Assembly (NCBI GenBank): GCA_038087875.1
Contig: CM075988.1
Span: 9,302,001-9,366,000 of the forward strand
Reading direction: 5' to 3'
Origin: Malacoraja senta
Taxonomy: Eukaryota
DNA length: 64,000 nt
Positions 51,120-64,000 of the stretch are shown here, piece by piece (positions within the stretch are counted from its first letter, which is position 1; each line of letters begins with the position of its first letter). Under the pieces are notes generated by a model. The model was not told the origin of the DNA. It did no database searches and saw nothing but the letters and a program-made list of their open reading frames with translations. The translations under genes were made by a program, and so were the position numbers.

Positions 51120-54100
51120 GGGTCACATCACTCATTATCACTAAATTCATTAGACTTTTCAATCGTTTCCAAACTATTTCTTCCCACAGCACCAGACAGA
51201 TCACTCAATGTCTGTGCAATCAAAAATATTTCATCTACTTTGATTTGGAGTAAAGAGCACACATTTGCCAGGCTTCTTGGATTTCCACAAGTGTAACCAG
51301 CCATCCATTGTTCTCGTGCCCCTCAGAGATCTCCAGAAGGTTTGAAGAAGGGTCTCGACTCTTGCGAGACCCTTCTTCAAATGCAGCCTGACCTGCTGAC
51401 CCATTCCTTCTCTCCAGAGATGCTGCCTGTTCCGCTGAGTTACTCTGGCTTTTTGTGTCTATCTTCAGTTTGAGCCAGCATCTGCAGTTCCTTCCTACAC
51501 AGATCAACAGGAAAGGTTTCCATTCCCACAATAAATCCCCACTCCAATTAAGTAAACATTTTCAGTTCCTCTAATAACTAACTACTGTATATAATTTCTA
51601 TTTCACCTTGAGTTGCACCTTGCGTAGGGTTAGAGAACTCTGTCGCCTGCATAAAACAAACCTCTCTGTCCAGTCAGAAGTTATAAGGTGATGTGCTCAT
51701 CACTGTAACATGGTGTGCGATGGTGCACTACCAATCGGTGGTAGCCAGTGCCATCTTCTTCACTGTCGTGTTCTGGGGCAGCAGAGCAAAGGCCGTGGAC
51801 ACCAATAGGATTAACAAGCTCATCAGGAACGCTGGCTCCGTCCCTGAGGGCGGGGTTGGATTCATGGGAGGTGGTCAGAGGGGAGGATGCTCCTCAAACT
51901 GTGGAGCATCCTGGACAATGCAGCTCACCGCCTCCATGTCACAGGTCAGCCTGAGGAGCACCTTTACCACTTTAATTTCATGTTTCATGGATCTTTTTGT
52001 TTTATGACTGTTGGCAGATGAATTTCCCTCCCGGGATAAATAAAGTTCTATCGTATCGTATCGTTACAATTTATTGCAGCATTGATTCATTAGATTGGGA
52101 ATCCCACTAAAGGACACAACTGTAGTTCCCTCCTGCCAGGCTGTTCTGATGAGAGGCTCAGCTAGTCTTGCATCCCTCCAGCAGAGAGGGTCTTCCACCT
52201 GCAGCAGACCCTTAGCTGAACCGGGACCTCTCTCCAAACCTTTGCATACTTTGTCTTGTCCAGAGCAACCAGTGTGTGTGCATTATTTGTCACATGTCCA
52301 TCTGCACAGTGAAATTCTTTTTGCATATTTACACATGCAGCCGCCGTCATGTTTGGGCCATTTCCAAAGTCCTGGAATGGGGATTGTCTCTTTAAGTGCT
52401 GGTAACATTTCTGTGATCACCATATAGAAGAAGGTTGGAAATGTTGCCAAATTGAACAAGATTGCAACAGCACTGTGTGTTCTCTTTTGTGCTTGTTTCT
52501 GCACCCCAAAACATACTTTCACACTGACAGGCTTTGGTCTTAACACTTACGGCAGCAATATTTTAATGCACAAAACATAGGTGCAACACAAATTCTAGAC
52601 ATCAGTATTGCCTAACGGATTGAAAATCCACTGCAAAAAATTATTTACATCAATTATCTCATGAAATGTTACTATTTGGAAATAAATCCCTCAACCCATC
52701 AAGTCCATGACAACTACCCAGTATCTATTATTAATGATTCCACAGGTTTGCCATGTTATTTCTCCCCAAATTTCCATTATCTGCCCTAGATCCTACCACT
52801 CATCAACACACTAGAGGTGATTTACAGTGGCCACCTGCATGTCTTTGGGATCTGGGAGGAAATCAGAGCACCAGGAGGACCCTCATTAAGTCCAAGGAGG
52901 AACGTGCCAACTCCACACAGGTAGCGCCCAAGGTCATGTCTGAAGTTGCTTCACTGGAACTGAGAAAAACATCCCTACCAACCATTATGTCTCAATACAA
53001 GGTTTCAACCAAAACATAAGTTCATAAATTATAGGAATAGAATTAGGCCATTCAGCCCATCAAGTCTACTCCGCCTTTCAATCGTGGCTGATCTATCTTT
53101 TCCTGTCAACCCCATTCTCCTGCCTTCTCCCCATAACCTCTGATGCCCGTACTAATCAAGAAATTGTCAATCACCATCTCCAAAATATCCATTGCCTTGG
53201 CCTCTCCTGCCCTCTGTACCAATGAATTCCACAGATTCATCACCGTCTCACTAAAGACAAAATAACTTCAAGACATAATTTCCCCCCAAATTCACCCATT
53301 CCTTTCCATCCACAGATGCTGCTCAACCATTGATTTCCTCCAGCAGATGGCATGTAGCTCCACCAACCACACCACTGTACTTTTCCGATTTCCCCACCCA
53401 ATAAACCAAAGCTGAAATAGATTTATTTTCATAGTGAGCTATGTGGCGGCATGGTGGCGCAGTGGTAGAGTTGCTCCCTTACAGGATCAGAGACCTGGGT
53501 TCGATCCTGACTACAGCCGCTTGTCTGTACTGAGTTTGTACGTTCTACCCGTGACATGCATGCGTTTTCTCCGAGATCTACGGTTTCCTCTCACACACCA
53601 AAGATGTACAGGTTTGTAGGTTAATTGGCTTGGTATAATTGTAAATTGTCCTTAGTGTGGATAGTGTTTGTGTGTGGGGATCGCTGGTCGGTGTGGACTC
53701 GGTGGGCCAAAGGGCCTGTTTCTGTGCTGTATCTCTAAATTAAACTAAACTAAATATGAGAAAGATTGGTACATCACCTTACACCTGCAAATTGGAGATC
53801 CCCATGAGAAGATGTATTTTATAGAGAGGTCTGAACTCTCCAAGTGAGGTGAAACTCAGCAGGAAAAACAAAAGCTTGTAGCAAGCTATTAAAGTAATTG
53901 GAGTAATTTAAGTAATTGGAACAAGGATTCATTTCACCATGTGTTGTAATTAGTCCAGGTGAACTGTAAACAGAATGTGAGGGACTTTTAAGCATCATCG
54001 GGATCTCCCTTCCTGATTACTGGTGCTCTTCATTGGTGGTAATGATCAGAGTGTGGAGAGAGTCACTGCTTAGACAGGCTTAAACTTAAATACTTGTGGA

Positions 54101-55322
54101 AGGACATCGATTTTAAGTGAGAGGAGGAAATTTTAAAGAAGATTTGCCAAGTAGAGAGTGACTGGGACCTGAAACACACTGCCAGGGGAGGTGGTGGAAA
54201 CAGATATGATGGTGACATTGAGGAGCAATATTTGGACAGAGACAAGGGAGAATGTGGAGGGACAAAGATCATGTGCAGGCCGATGTTCAGTACGGACATT
54301 GTGCTCCAGTGCTGTACTGCTCTATGTTCTATATAAAAGCTAAATGATATAAATATTTTATTAAGAGGATGATTTTGAATTCTCCCAAATCATCTGTCCT
54401 ACGTGACATTTTAAACAGCATTTGAATCTTTGGACAGGGAATCAAGGGATATGGAGTAGGAGCAAGTGGCTGAATGGCTTCTTTCTGTTTCAGAAAATAA
54501 TTACAAAATTAAACAAAAAGTGAAGAAGTGAAAGTTGTGAAGAAGGGTCCCGAGTAGAAACATCACCTTTTTCTCCAGAGATGCTGCCTGACCCGCTGAG
54601 TTACTCCAGCACTCTGTTTCTATCTGTGGTATAAACCAGCATCTGCAGTTTTTTTGTTTCTACAAGGACATCAAAAGCATAGGAACACCGCACGGGGGAC
54701 ATTGCCATCCAAACCACGCACCATCTTGACTTGGAAATATATCACCCTTCCTTCACTGTGCTGAATCAAAATCCTGGAATTCCCTCGTTAACATCGATAT
54801 TGAGATGCCCAGTCCGCAAGGACTGGAGCGGTTAAAGAAGGCAGCACAATGTCACCTTCTTTGGGGCATTTAAGGATGGACAATTAAATGTTGGCTCGGC
54901 ATGTGAAGCCCACATCCCTTAAAAAATGAACAATCTCCATCAATTCCTGACTGCAGGAAGCATCTCTGGTCCCTTCCCACTCTCCTGACCATTAACACTG
55001 ACAGATTTGCATGTTGCCCCACAACTCCAATCCCCATTCATTGTTAAAGTCTATAGGAGATCTATGTTAAAACTACTACAACCTGCATTGTGCAATGGTA
55101 TCCAGGCCTAATTCATCATTGGATGCAAATAAGTTCTCAGAAGTTTCAAGTGTTGGAATCACAAAAGCAAGTTCAAATCGATTGAAGAACTTGCACAAGA
55201 TTAACAGCTCTGATTTCCAATTAAATATGTGGCTATGAGCAATCAGGATTAATAATCAAACACGGAGTCACTGATTTACTAATTTGCCACGTCTCCATTT
55301 CCATAGTGTAGTTTACTATACT

Positions 55323-55510
55323 TTATCTTCTTGTGCTTGAGGCAGCAGAAGTCTGCAGCAGGGTGATGCCATCCGGTTCGTCATCCGTAGGTGCCCGCCC
55401 TAAAATGGCGCCAAGCTGCGGCGCTGCTGCTGTCTCTGTTTGTTGTCGTTCACCTGACTGAGGTCAGTTGACAGAGCTCACCACGGGGAGGTCGACAACA
55501 TGAAAACCCC
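55323..55510 (-). mobile_element. 188-bp non-autonomous retroposon headed by an HDV-like ribozyme
   Basis: Perfect 12-bp TSD GTTTACTATACT at 55311-55322 and 55511-55522; minus strand starts GGGG and ends ..CAAGAAGATAA. Confidence 0.85.
55441..55510 (-). ncRNA. HDV-like ribozyme fold, catalytic C apparently replaced by U
   Basis: P1 GGGGUUU/GAGCUCU, P2 UGUUGUCG/CGACAACA, P3 ACC/GGU, L3 UCCCCGU, GU-CAA, P4 CUGAC/GUCAG, J4/2 GUGAA. Confidence 0.8.
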
Positions 55511-56274
55511 GTTTACTATACTAAAGACATTGGAAATTGCTCAATTCTAAATAAAAATGCAATTGGGGTGAAATTGTACCGTGCAATATTAGCATGGACA
55601 TAATTAAATTTTGAGCAACCATTTTGATGTGCAAATTTGTTGGTGGAATTAACTCTTTGGGGGTGAATTTGGTCTTTGCAGTATCTGCTCTCTTTGCGCT
55701 ACAAATGTCTTAGAGCACAAAACATCTCCAGTGTTATGCACACACATTTGTGGGCTGAATGGTGTTGGACACTATTCATAAGGACCATGCAGATCAGTGA
55801 TAAACAGATGTATAAGTTCATGAACAATACTTTATCTAGACAGTACATAGATAGGAAAGGTTTTGAGGGATATGAGCAAACACAGGCAGCTACCACAAAT
55901 GTAGATGGGGCATCTCAGTCAGTATGGGCAAGTAGGGCTGAAGGGTCTTCCATGCTAACTCTATGACTCTATGACTTAATACTCAGTGCTTAAGGGTAGA
56001 AATTCATCCACAGCCACTGTTAAGTTTAGTTTAGTGTACTTTAGAGATGCAGTGTGGAAACAGTTCCCTTCAGCCCACCGAGTCTGAGGCAACCAATGAT
56101 CACCTGTACACTAGTTCTATCCTACACATGAGGGACAATTTACAGAAGTCAATTAACCTCTAAGCCTGCACTTCTTTGCAATATGGGATGAAACTGGAGG
56201 ACCTGGAGAAAACCCATGCTGTTGCAGGGAGAACGTACAACCTCGGTACATAAAGCACCCTTAGTCAGGATTGT

Positions 56275-56745
56275 GTCAAGTCAAGTCAAGAGAGTTTATT
56301 GTCATGTGTCCCAGATAGGACAATGAAATTCTTGCTTGTTGCAGCACAACAGAATATTGTAGGCATAAATACAGATCAGATCAGTGTGTTCATATACCAT
56401 AGAAAATATACATACACACATAAATAAACAGATAAAGTGCAATAATCTGTTATAGTTCAGAGTTTGTTTGAAGTTGTGTTTAATAGTCTGATGGCTGTGG
56501 GGAAGAAGCTGTTCCTGAACCTGGATGCTGCAGATTTCAGGCTCCTGTACCTTCTACCTGATGGCAGCGGTGAGATGAGTGTGTGGCCAGGATGGTGTGG
56601 GTCCTTGATGATGCTGGCAGCCTTTTTGAGGCAACGACTGCGATAGATCCCCTCGATGGTGAGGAGGTCAGAGCCGAAAATGGACTGGGAAGTGTTACAA
56701 ATTTTTGCAGCCTTTTCCGCTCCTGGATGCTCAGGTTGCCGAACC
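56275..56745 (-). mobile_element. Rex/Babar 3' fragment nested in a SINE (similar fragments at ~1762-2030, 30915-31150, 51715-52065)
   Basis: IIKDPHHPGHTLISPLPSGRRYRSL; (CTTGA)n tail. Confidence 0.85.
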
Positions 56746-59700
56746 AAGCTGGTGTTTCTGATGATGTAAGGCAGCAATTCTGATGATGTAAGGCATCAAT
56801 TCTACCGCAGGGGATTTCTGGGATTTAGAAGCCTCCCCGAGAAGACGTTTTTGTTCAGGAGTGAAGATTGTTACGCTGGGAGCTACAGAGGGGGGATAGG
56901 AGTTGGAGGATTTGTGGAAGGGTGGCACTGATTATAGTTTAGTTTTAGTTTAGAGATACAGCGCAGAAACAGGCCCTTTGGCCCACCGAGTCCGTGCCGA
57001 CCAGCGATCCCCGCACATTAACGCTACCCTACACACACTAGGGACAATTTACACTTATACCAAGCCAATTAACCTACATACCTATACGTCTTTGGAGTGT
57101 GGGAGGAAACCGAAGATCTCGGAGAAAATCCACGTAGGTCATGGGGAGAATGTACAAACTCCGTAAAGACAGCACCCATAGTCGGGATCGAATCCGGGTC
57201 TCCGGTGCCGCAAGTGCTGAATGGCAGCAACTTTACCACTGCGCCACCATGCCATAGTGATGATCATAGTGGGGCCATGTGAGAGATGATCGGGATTGGG
57301 AGTGGGGAGGGAGGGGAGGTTGGGATAATCAGTGTGACTGCAGATGCCTTGGAGAAAATATTGGGAGATGGTGGTGGTCAGAGAGAAGATAGTGGAAAGG
57401 GTTGCTGAGGAAATGTTCAGGTGGAACAGCCAATGCACTGGAAGAGGTTAACGATCAGTAACAATGAAAACTTAAAAAGGACTCTTGAGTGGAGGTGGTG
57501 GATACTGCCCAAACTGGCTTCAATACTGTGGAAACCATCCTGAAAGAATGTGATGGCTGTTTGTCTCTCCAGGAATCTTTCCAATCTCCCACTGGAGTTA
57601 CAAAGGGAAAAATCACACAGATTTTATTGAAACCTCTGCAAAAATGGCTGAGTTCAGATAAAAGTGACACCATCACAACCAAATGGCATCCGAAGCTTGT
57701 AGAGCATCCTTTATTGCTTTCAAGGCTGAAATTAAACCTAGAATTCAAAATAATATAAAAAATGCAAGAGCCTCCTTTATTGAATTCTTCCTTTAGCTAG
57801 AAGGTGTTGGGGCAGAGAAGATCCAAGCAGCTTCAGAGCTTTAAGAAATTATTTTTTGCTTTCTAAATGTATTAGTAAATAAAATGAATGTCACAGAAAT
57901 GATTGAAATGAATCCCCAGTCCACGGTATGCTGTTGCTTTGGAGGAAGGGATTCTGGAGTGTATGTCTACCCATTCATATTCATATAAATAAATCACAAA
58001 GAGACACATCAAAGCGTGAAAGCTGTAATATTTTATGGTTAGTCACCGTTGATCAGAAGCCTCGCTGCTCCATGAACAATGTCATTCCCCATAAAGTTAT
58101 TTTAAATGATGTTCCAGGAAATACAATTGCACAGAATCTCACAGCACACCACTTGCTCCACTTGCGATTCTCTTTGATTCTAAGATTCTGATCATATGAG
58201 GCACAACTTCAATGTGTTACCTCCCTCGTGTTCCTCTTTGATGCCAGATCTAAATTTTAACAAGTAGACCCAATCGATGATGTGGTCCATGAGAGACCAT
58301 CACCAGGGTAATTATCAAAGACCATCATGGGGACCAAGCCTGGAATTCCCCCATTTTATTTTTTAAATAAGTTATAGTAGAATTAGGCCATTTGACCTAT
58401 CAAGTTTACTCCGCCATTTAATCATAGCTGATCTATCTTTCCCTTTCAACCCCATTCTCCTGCCTTCTCCCCTTAACCCCTGACACCCTGATGATTTGTC
58501 TCCTAATTGGGATGAAATGGGTGATAGGCAAACCAATATGGAGAAGTGAAGTGCACAGCCATTTCTCGATTTCAAAGGAGAATGAGTTTTTGGAAAATCT
58601 TCTGTTGAAGGAAAATTCATAATGTTGGCAAATTGGATGAACAGAGAACTGTTTCAGTTTTTCAACAAAGGCAAAGTTTCTTCAACACGACAACATTAGT
58701 TAGAAAGAAAGAGCCCGCCACTTACTGACAAAGTGGTCGCAATAATGAAATGTGACAAAAATCTATCACCATCATTTAAAATAAAATCTTTCTTTGGAAT
58801 GCAAGCTAGAGATTTATTGCTCTTTCCTAGTTTCCTTTGAAAAGAAGTTGGCGAGGCACTTTCTCCATTCATTACATTCTGCTGGTGAAGGTATAGGGAA
58901 GATTTTCAAGATTTAGACCCAACGATGAATAAGGAATAAGTATATTAAAAAAAAAAACACACAAAATTGTCCTACAATCAAATGATCCATTTCCAAGTTA
59001 GAATAGTGTTTGACTAACAGAATGAACTGAACATGATGGGGTTCTAATGCAGCTGCTGTTCTTGCCCTTGGTAGTGGTGTGGGATGCCCTGTTGGTCTAG
59101 GCATGATGAGCAACCTCTGCCATGGTACACAAGACACGGAAAGGCCATGAACTGTTAGCGTGGCCAACGGCATACCAGTGAAGTGGGTTATTTTGTGCTG
59201 GAAGAGTCTACCTCCATAAATGTTGCTGCAGCTCCAATTTTCCTGGCAACGTGTCCACATGAGTGTCAAGGCTTTTGTTTAAAGAAAGGAAACCATTTCA
59301 CATCAAAATTAAATATCTCGAGATATATCATTGTGTTAATATTGGGGCTTTAGCTTTAAAAATATATGTTGGAAGAACATTTTAAAGCCTTCTGAGCAGA
59401 GAAAGCATTGGGAGAATTAGGACTCATATACAGACAAATATTTCTTTAATGTGTATTTATTTTAAATCAGGGCCAGCATTCATCATTTCATTAATTGCCC
59501 TTGAGAAAGTAGCAGTGAACAGTACTGAGTATGAAACTATTGAAAGTATAGAACGTATGTGAAGAATTTTTGCACAGTTTGCATTTTGTATATTTATTTT
59601 ATTCTGAATAAAGTTTAATATTCAAATTTTAAAAATCCCCCAATGTAGGGACAAATACAATAGGCACACGATGCTACTCCCACCTGCAGTCCCCTCCCTC

Positions 59701-60232
59701 CCCCCTCAGTTTAAACAGCATCTTAACAAAGGTATCTTGCTAACTCTTCATTAGATTAAATACCAAAGCTTCCTACCCAGCAGCATTGAGAGTACCTTCT
59801 TTGTAATGGTTGAAGAAAGTTCACTCACCACAACCTTCCCAATGGTAAATAATGAGATGATAAATGCTGACCCAAATCACAACAAAATTAATTAAATAAA
59901 TATTTGCCTATATTTGAGTTCTAATTTTCCAATGCTTTAGCTCAGAATGCTTTCAGATATTCTTGCAAAACAGCTTTAAAGCTGAAACCCAATATTAACA
60001 TAATCATACATCTCGAGTTATTTCATTTTGATATGAAATAGTTTTATTTGCCAATCAATTCTTGTGGCAATAGGGCGGTACCGTGGCGTATAAGGCGGCA
60101 CAGTGGTAGAGCTGCTGCTTTCGAGTACCAGAGACCGGCTTCAATCCTGACCAGGGGTGCTCTCTGTTCAGAGTTTCTCTAGGTGTTCTGCTTTCCTCCC
60201 ACAGTCTAAAGACATACAGGTTTGTAGGTTAA

Positions 60233-61533
60233 CAAATATGCTGGAGAAACTCAGCAGGTGAGGAAGCATCTATGGAGCGAAGGAAATAGGCAACGTTTCG
60301 GGGCGAAACCCTTCTTCAGACTGATGTGAGGGTGGGGGTGGGAGGAAGTGTCGTCCCGATAGCCATGGGAGTCAGTGGGTTTATAGTGGATGTCGGTCAG
60401 TAGTCTATCACCTGCGATGGAGATGGTGAGGTCAAGAAATGGTAGGGAAATGTCAGAAATGGTCCAGGTGTATTTGAGTGCCGGATGGAGGTTAGTGATG
60501 AAATGGATGAAGTCGGGGAGTTGTGTGTGGATGCAGAAGGTAGCACCAATGCAGTCGTCGATGTAGCGGAGGTAGAGTTCGGGGATAGGGCCACGGTACA
60601 TCTCGAACAAGGATTGTTCGACGTATCCTACAAAGAGGCAGGCATAGCTGGGGCCCATGCGCATACCCATAGCTATGCCTTGTATTTGGAGGAAATGGGA
60701 GTAGTCAAATGAAAAGTTATTAAGGGTAAGGACCAGCTCCGCTAGGCAGAGGGGAGTATCAGTAGACGGGGATTGGTTGGTTCAGCGGTCGAGGAAGAAA
60801 CAGAGGGCTTTGAGACCATCCAGGTGGGGGATGGAGGTGTAGAGTGACTGGACATCCATGGTGAAGATGAGGGAATGGGGGCCTAGAACCAGAAGTCCTG
60901 GAGTAGATGAAGAGCATGTGAGGTGTCTTGAACATAGGTAGGGAGGGATTTAACCAGGGGGGAGAGGATGGAGTCGAGGTATGTGGAAATAAGTTCGGTA
61001 GGACATGAACAGGCAGAAACAATGGGTCTGCCAGGACAGTCAGGTTTGTGGATTTTGGGGAGAAGGTAAAATCGGGACGTGCGGGGCTGGGGAACGATGA
61101 GGTTGGAGGCTCTGGGGGGGGGGGTGGGGCAGGGAGCCGGAGTGGATGTAGTCAGTGATGATGCTAGAGATAGTGCTCATCTGTGGGGTCGTCTGTGGGG
61201 TCATGGTCCAAGGATAAGTAGGAGGAGGTGTCTGAGAGTTGGCGCGTGGCCTCAGCCTTGTAGAGATCAGCACACCAGACTACCACGGCCCCTCCCTTGT
61301 CGGTAGGTTTGATCACCCAATCTGGGTTGTTGCAGAGTGAGTGGCAGGCTGTACGTTCAGGGGGGGAGAGGTTAGAGTGAGACAGGGGAGTGGAGATGTT
61401 GAGGCGGTTGATGTCCCGCCAGCAGTTTAAAATAAAAAGGTCCAAAGCCGGTCGATGTCCATGAGGGGTGGTCCAAGAGGAGGGGGTCTGTTGGAGACGG
61501 GAGAAGGGGTCATCACTGTGGGGGGGTGGCGAA
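60233..61533 (-). mobile_element. Penelope-like element RT fragment inserted in a SINE
   Basis: IKPTDKGGAVVV, MGMRMGPSYACLFVG, YLRYIDD; terminal hammerhead motif; TSD GTTAA at 60228-60232 and 61534-61538. Confidence 0.9.
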
Positions 61534-62019
61534 GTTAATTGGCTAATGTAAATTATCCCTGATATATAGGATAGTGGGGGTGTATTAGCCTGTTTCCGTG
61601 CTGTATCGCTAAAAATATCTAAAAAGATGCATGAAATGTAGTTCCACTTATCATGATGCATAGTTTCATCAAGAAAGATGATACAGCTTTTTGTCATGCA
61701 ATAACATGTTTCCACATAGTCCTTCTTTGTTTTTGTGCATTTTATCGCAATGAATATATGGCTGGAGAGATATCCTTGGTTGCTTCTGTTAAAATGTTGT
61801 TTGGTGTGAATTATGCAATCCTTGATTTAAGGAAACATCAATAGAGAAGAAAATCACTTTCCAGAGCAAGTACAGTTACATTTGCAACAACCTAGGGCAT
61901 CTCATTAACAGATTTCAATAGCTCATCAAGATGCCTCAGATTGAATATGAGCAATATGAGATGCCTCAGATTGAGTAGAACATGTTTAAGGACGCATTAC
62001 AATGATGGTGATTATTGAA

Positions 62020-62386
62020 ACGCTTCAAGGACAACATTTCAAGGACAACATCAAGAACAGTCTGAAGAAATTCCACGTCAGATCAAGCAACTGGGAGCAC
62101 ATTGCACTGGACAGGCGCTCCTGGAGGAAATCCGTGCAGAAAGGAGCTGCAGTTCACGAAATGGATCTACGCCATGTCGCAGAGACAAAGGACAGCACCG
62201 TAAAAAGAGAGAGAGGGGGCTCGACGACTACCAACCACCACCAGTCTCCACTGCCCACGTTGCACCAAGGTGTGTGGATCGCGGATTGGACTCTATAGAC
62301 ATCTGCAGACCCACAAGTGGACGACCCTATGGCGAGGAAAGGACAGTCATACTCGTTTCGAGTGACCACTGATGATGATGATGATG
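62020..62386 (+). mobile_element. RTE-clade LINE 3' fragment
   Basis: FKDNIKNSLK..WEHIALDRRSWRKSVQKG; (GAT)n tail. Confidence 0.85.
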
Positions 62387-64000
62387 TAAGAATTCTTTAG
62401 TGCTTTGACAAACATACAAAATGATGATCAAAATATTTTTTTCATCAGCAGAAAAGCAGGAGTGAATTTAAATTCACTTCTCTGAACACTGGAAATATCC
62501 CAGTTTTTCCACCTTCTCTCTTGCTCATGTTTCTCTGAGATTAACATGCCTAGCAGTTAGATTAACACAGTAACTAATGAATCTTCTTTTTTTTTAAAAA
62601 CTCGATTGCCTCTTTGTGATCTTATTAGGTATGACAAACTGATGCATGTCCTGACAGTCACATCCCAAAACAATTCATCTCCAGGGTTGTAAGGTATACT
62701 TATCTACTCCAAAATAATTACACTTCCTGTTAAAGGATTCATTCTTAACATTGGCTATCACATTGCCTATATTGTTGTAATGCCTCAAAAAAAGGTTAGT
62801 ATTTAGATTGTGTCTTTCACAACCTTAGGACATCCCAAAGCAGCACAGTAGGACCTAGGACATCCTTAGGACATCTTTTGGAGATCCCAAACCACTAGTA
62901 GAGTTGTTGCTTTACAGTGATCCGGGTTCAATTTTGACCTCCTATCAGTTTGGAGTTTGCAGGTTCTCCTTGTGACCACATAGATATTGCCCTGATATTC
63001 CAATTTCCACTCACATCCCAAAGACCCATGGATAATTAGATTAATTGATCATTGTAAACTGCCCAAATATGAACTGTAGGACATTTGTAGAAAGAAAAAA
63101 AACAGGAAAGGTTTGAAAATAAGATAAAATGGGATCAGTGTAAAAAAGATACAAAGTGTTGGAGTAACTCAACAGGTCAGATAGGATACCTGGAGAACAT
63201 GGATAGGTGACATTTTTGCTCGGGACCATTCTTCAGACCATGGAAGGAGTGACGGGAGGGTAGAAAGCTAGGATGGGGAGAATAAAGCGTAATAGGAAAT
63301 AGGTGAACACAGGTGAGGGGGAGGGTTTTGATAGATTTTAGGCCAAAGGCCAAAGATGAAAAGACAGAAGGTATGCGGCAAAAGGTTTGAAGAGTTGTGA
63401 ATTGTGAAGCCAGAGGAATGATTGCAGGGTAAAGGGGGAAGGGGACGGGAAAAATAGGTGCGAGCCCAAGTGACGCACATGGGAAGAGGGTGAGAAAGGG
63501 GACTGGGGATTGTTGAAGTTCTAAAAATCACAGGAAACTGGGTGCTTAACGGACAGCACACTCAGAGAGCTGAATAGCCTGATTCCTTGCTGCATCCTTT
63601 GAAAATTCAATAATTATAGCACCTGCATCGGCTATCTCCTCTGGCAGTTCATTCCATATATCCACTACCCTCTGAGTGAAAAAGTTGCCCCTCAGGTTCC
63701 TATTAAATCTTGCCCCTCTCGCCTTAAATCTATGTCATCTGGTTCTTGGTTCCGTTACTCTGGCCATAAGATTGTGCATTCAATGCTATTTATTCCCCTC
63801 TTGATTTTACACACCTCTCTATAAGATCACCTCTCAGTCTCATGCACTCCAAGGAATAAAGTCCAACTTCTCCCAAGAAACCCAGGGACTTGAGTTATGC
63901 AACATCCTCGTAAATCATCTCTGCACTTAGTTGAAGAATGAATGTTATGTTGGGCATGGTCTGCCATAAGGTCATAAGGCCATAAGTGATAGGAGCAGAA

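Noticed and set aside
55454..55480. CTGACTGAG on the plus strand as a hammerhead core
   Set aside because: No correctly placed GAAA or stems; the minus-strand HDV fold explains the pairing
56757..56803. Short tandem duplications (also ~61929-61975 and 62823-62876)
   Set aside because: Ordinary slippage or repair duplications at repeat junctions
57489..57758. 89-aa ORF in unique sequence
   Set aside because: No recognisable domain or convincing splice context; length is within chance expectation

Overview
Vertebrate, repeat-dominated, non-coding DNA. HE1/V-SINE-type SINEs and HER1-like CR1 LINEs point to a cartilaginous fish, probably a skate or ray (inference). I recognise no host exon, and every recognisable ORF is transposon-derived. 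Larger elements: a 5'-truncated CR1 LINE (2345-5523), a Rex1/Babar LINE (21104-24054, -), a full-length decayed L1 with a 15-bp TSD (39030-45494, -), a young, heavily deleted class I-type ERV with ~99% identical LTRs and a tRNA-Ser PBS (46127-51119), and Penelope, L2, RTE, Tc1, Tigger, Harbinger and Helitron remnants. The most interesting signals are non-coding. (1) Two ~170-190 bp TSD-flanked retroposons (6229-6396 +, 55323-55510 -) begin exactly with an HDV/CPEB3-like ribozyme fold. (2) Two tiny palindromes with 8-bp TSDs (18013-18046, 12229-12250) look like P-element excision footprints. (3) A family of GC-rich non-coding retroposons shares a conserved hairpin and a Rex/Babar-type tail. (4) About 15 Penelope-type minimal hammerhead motifs are scattered through the window. 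(5) A composite templated insertion (6577-8384) preserves a Tc1 end that is absent from its donor site. Family names and reference sequences are recalled from memory; no search or folding program was run.
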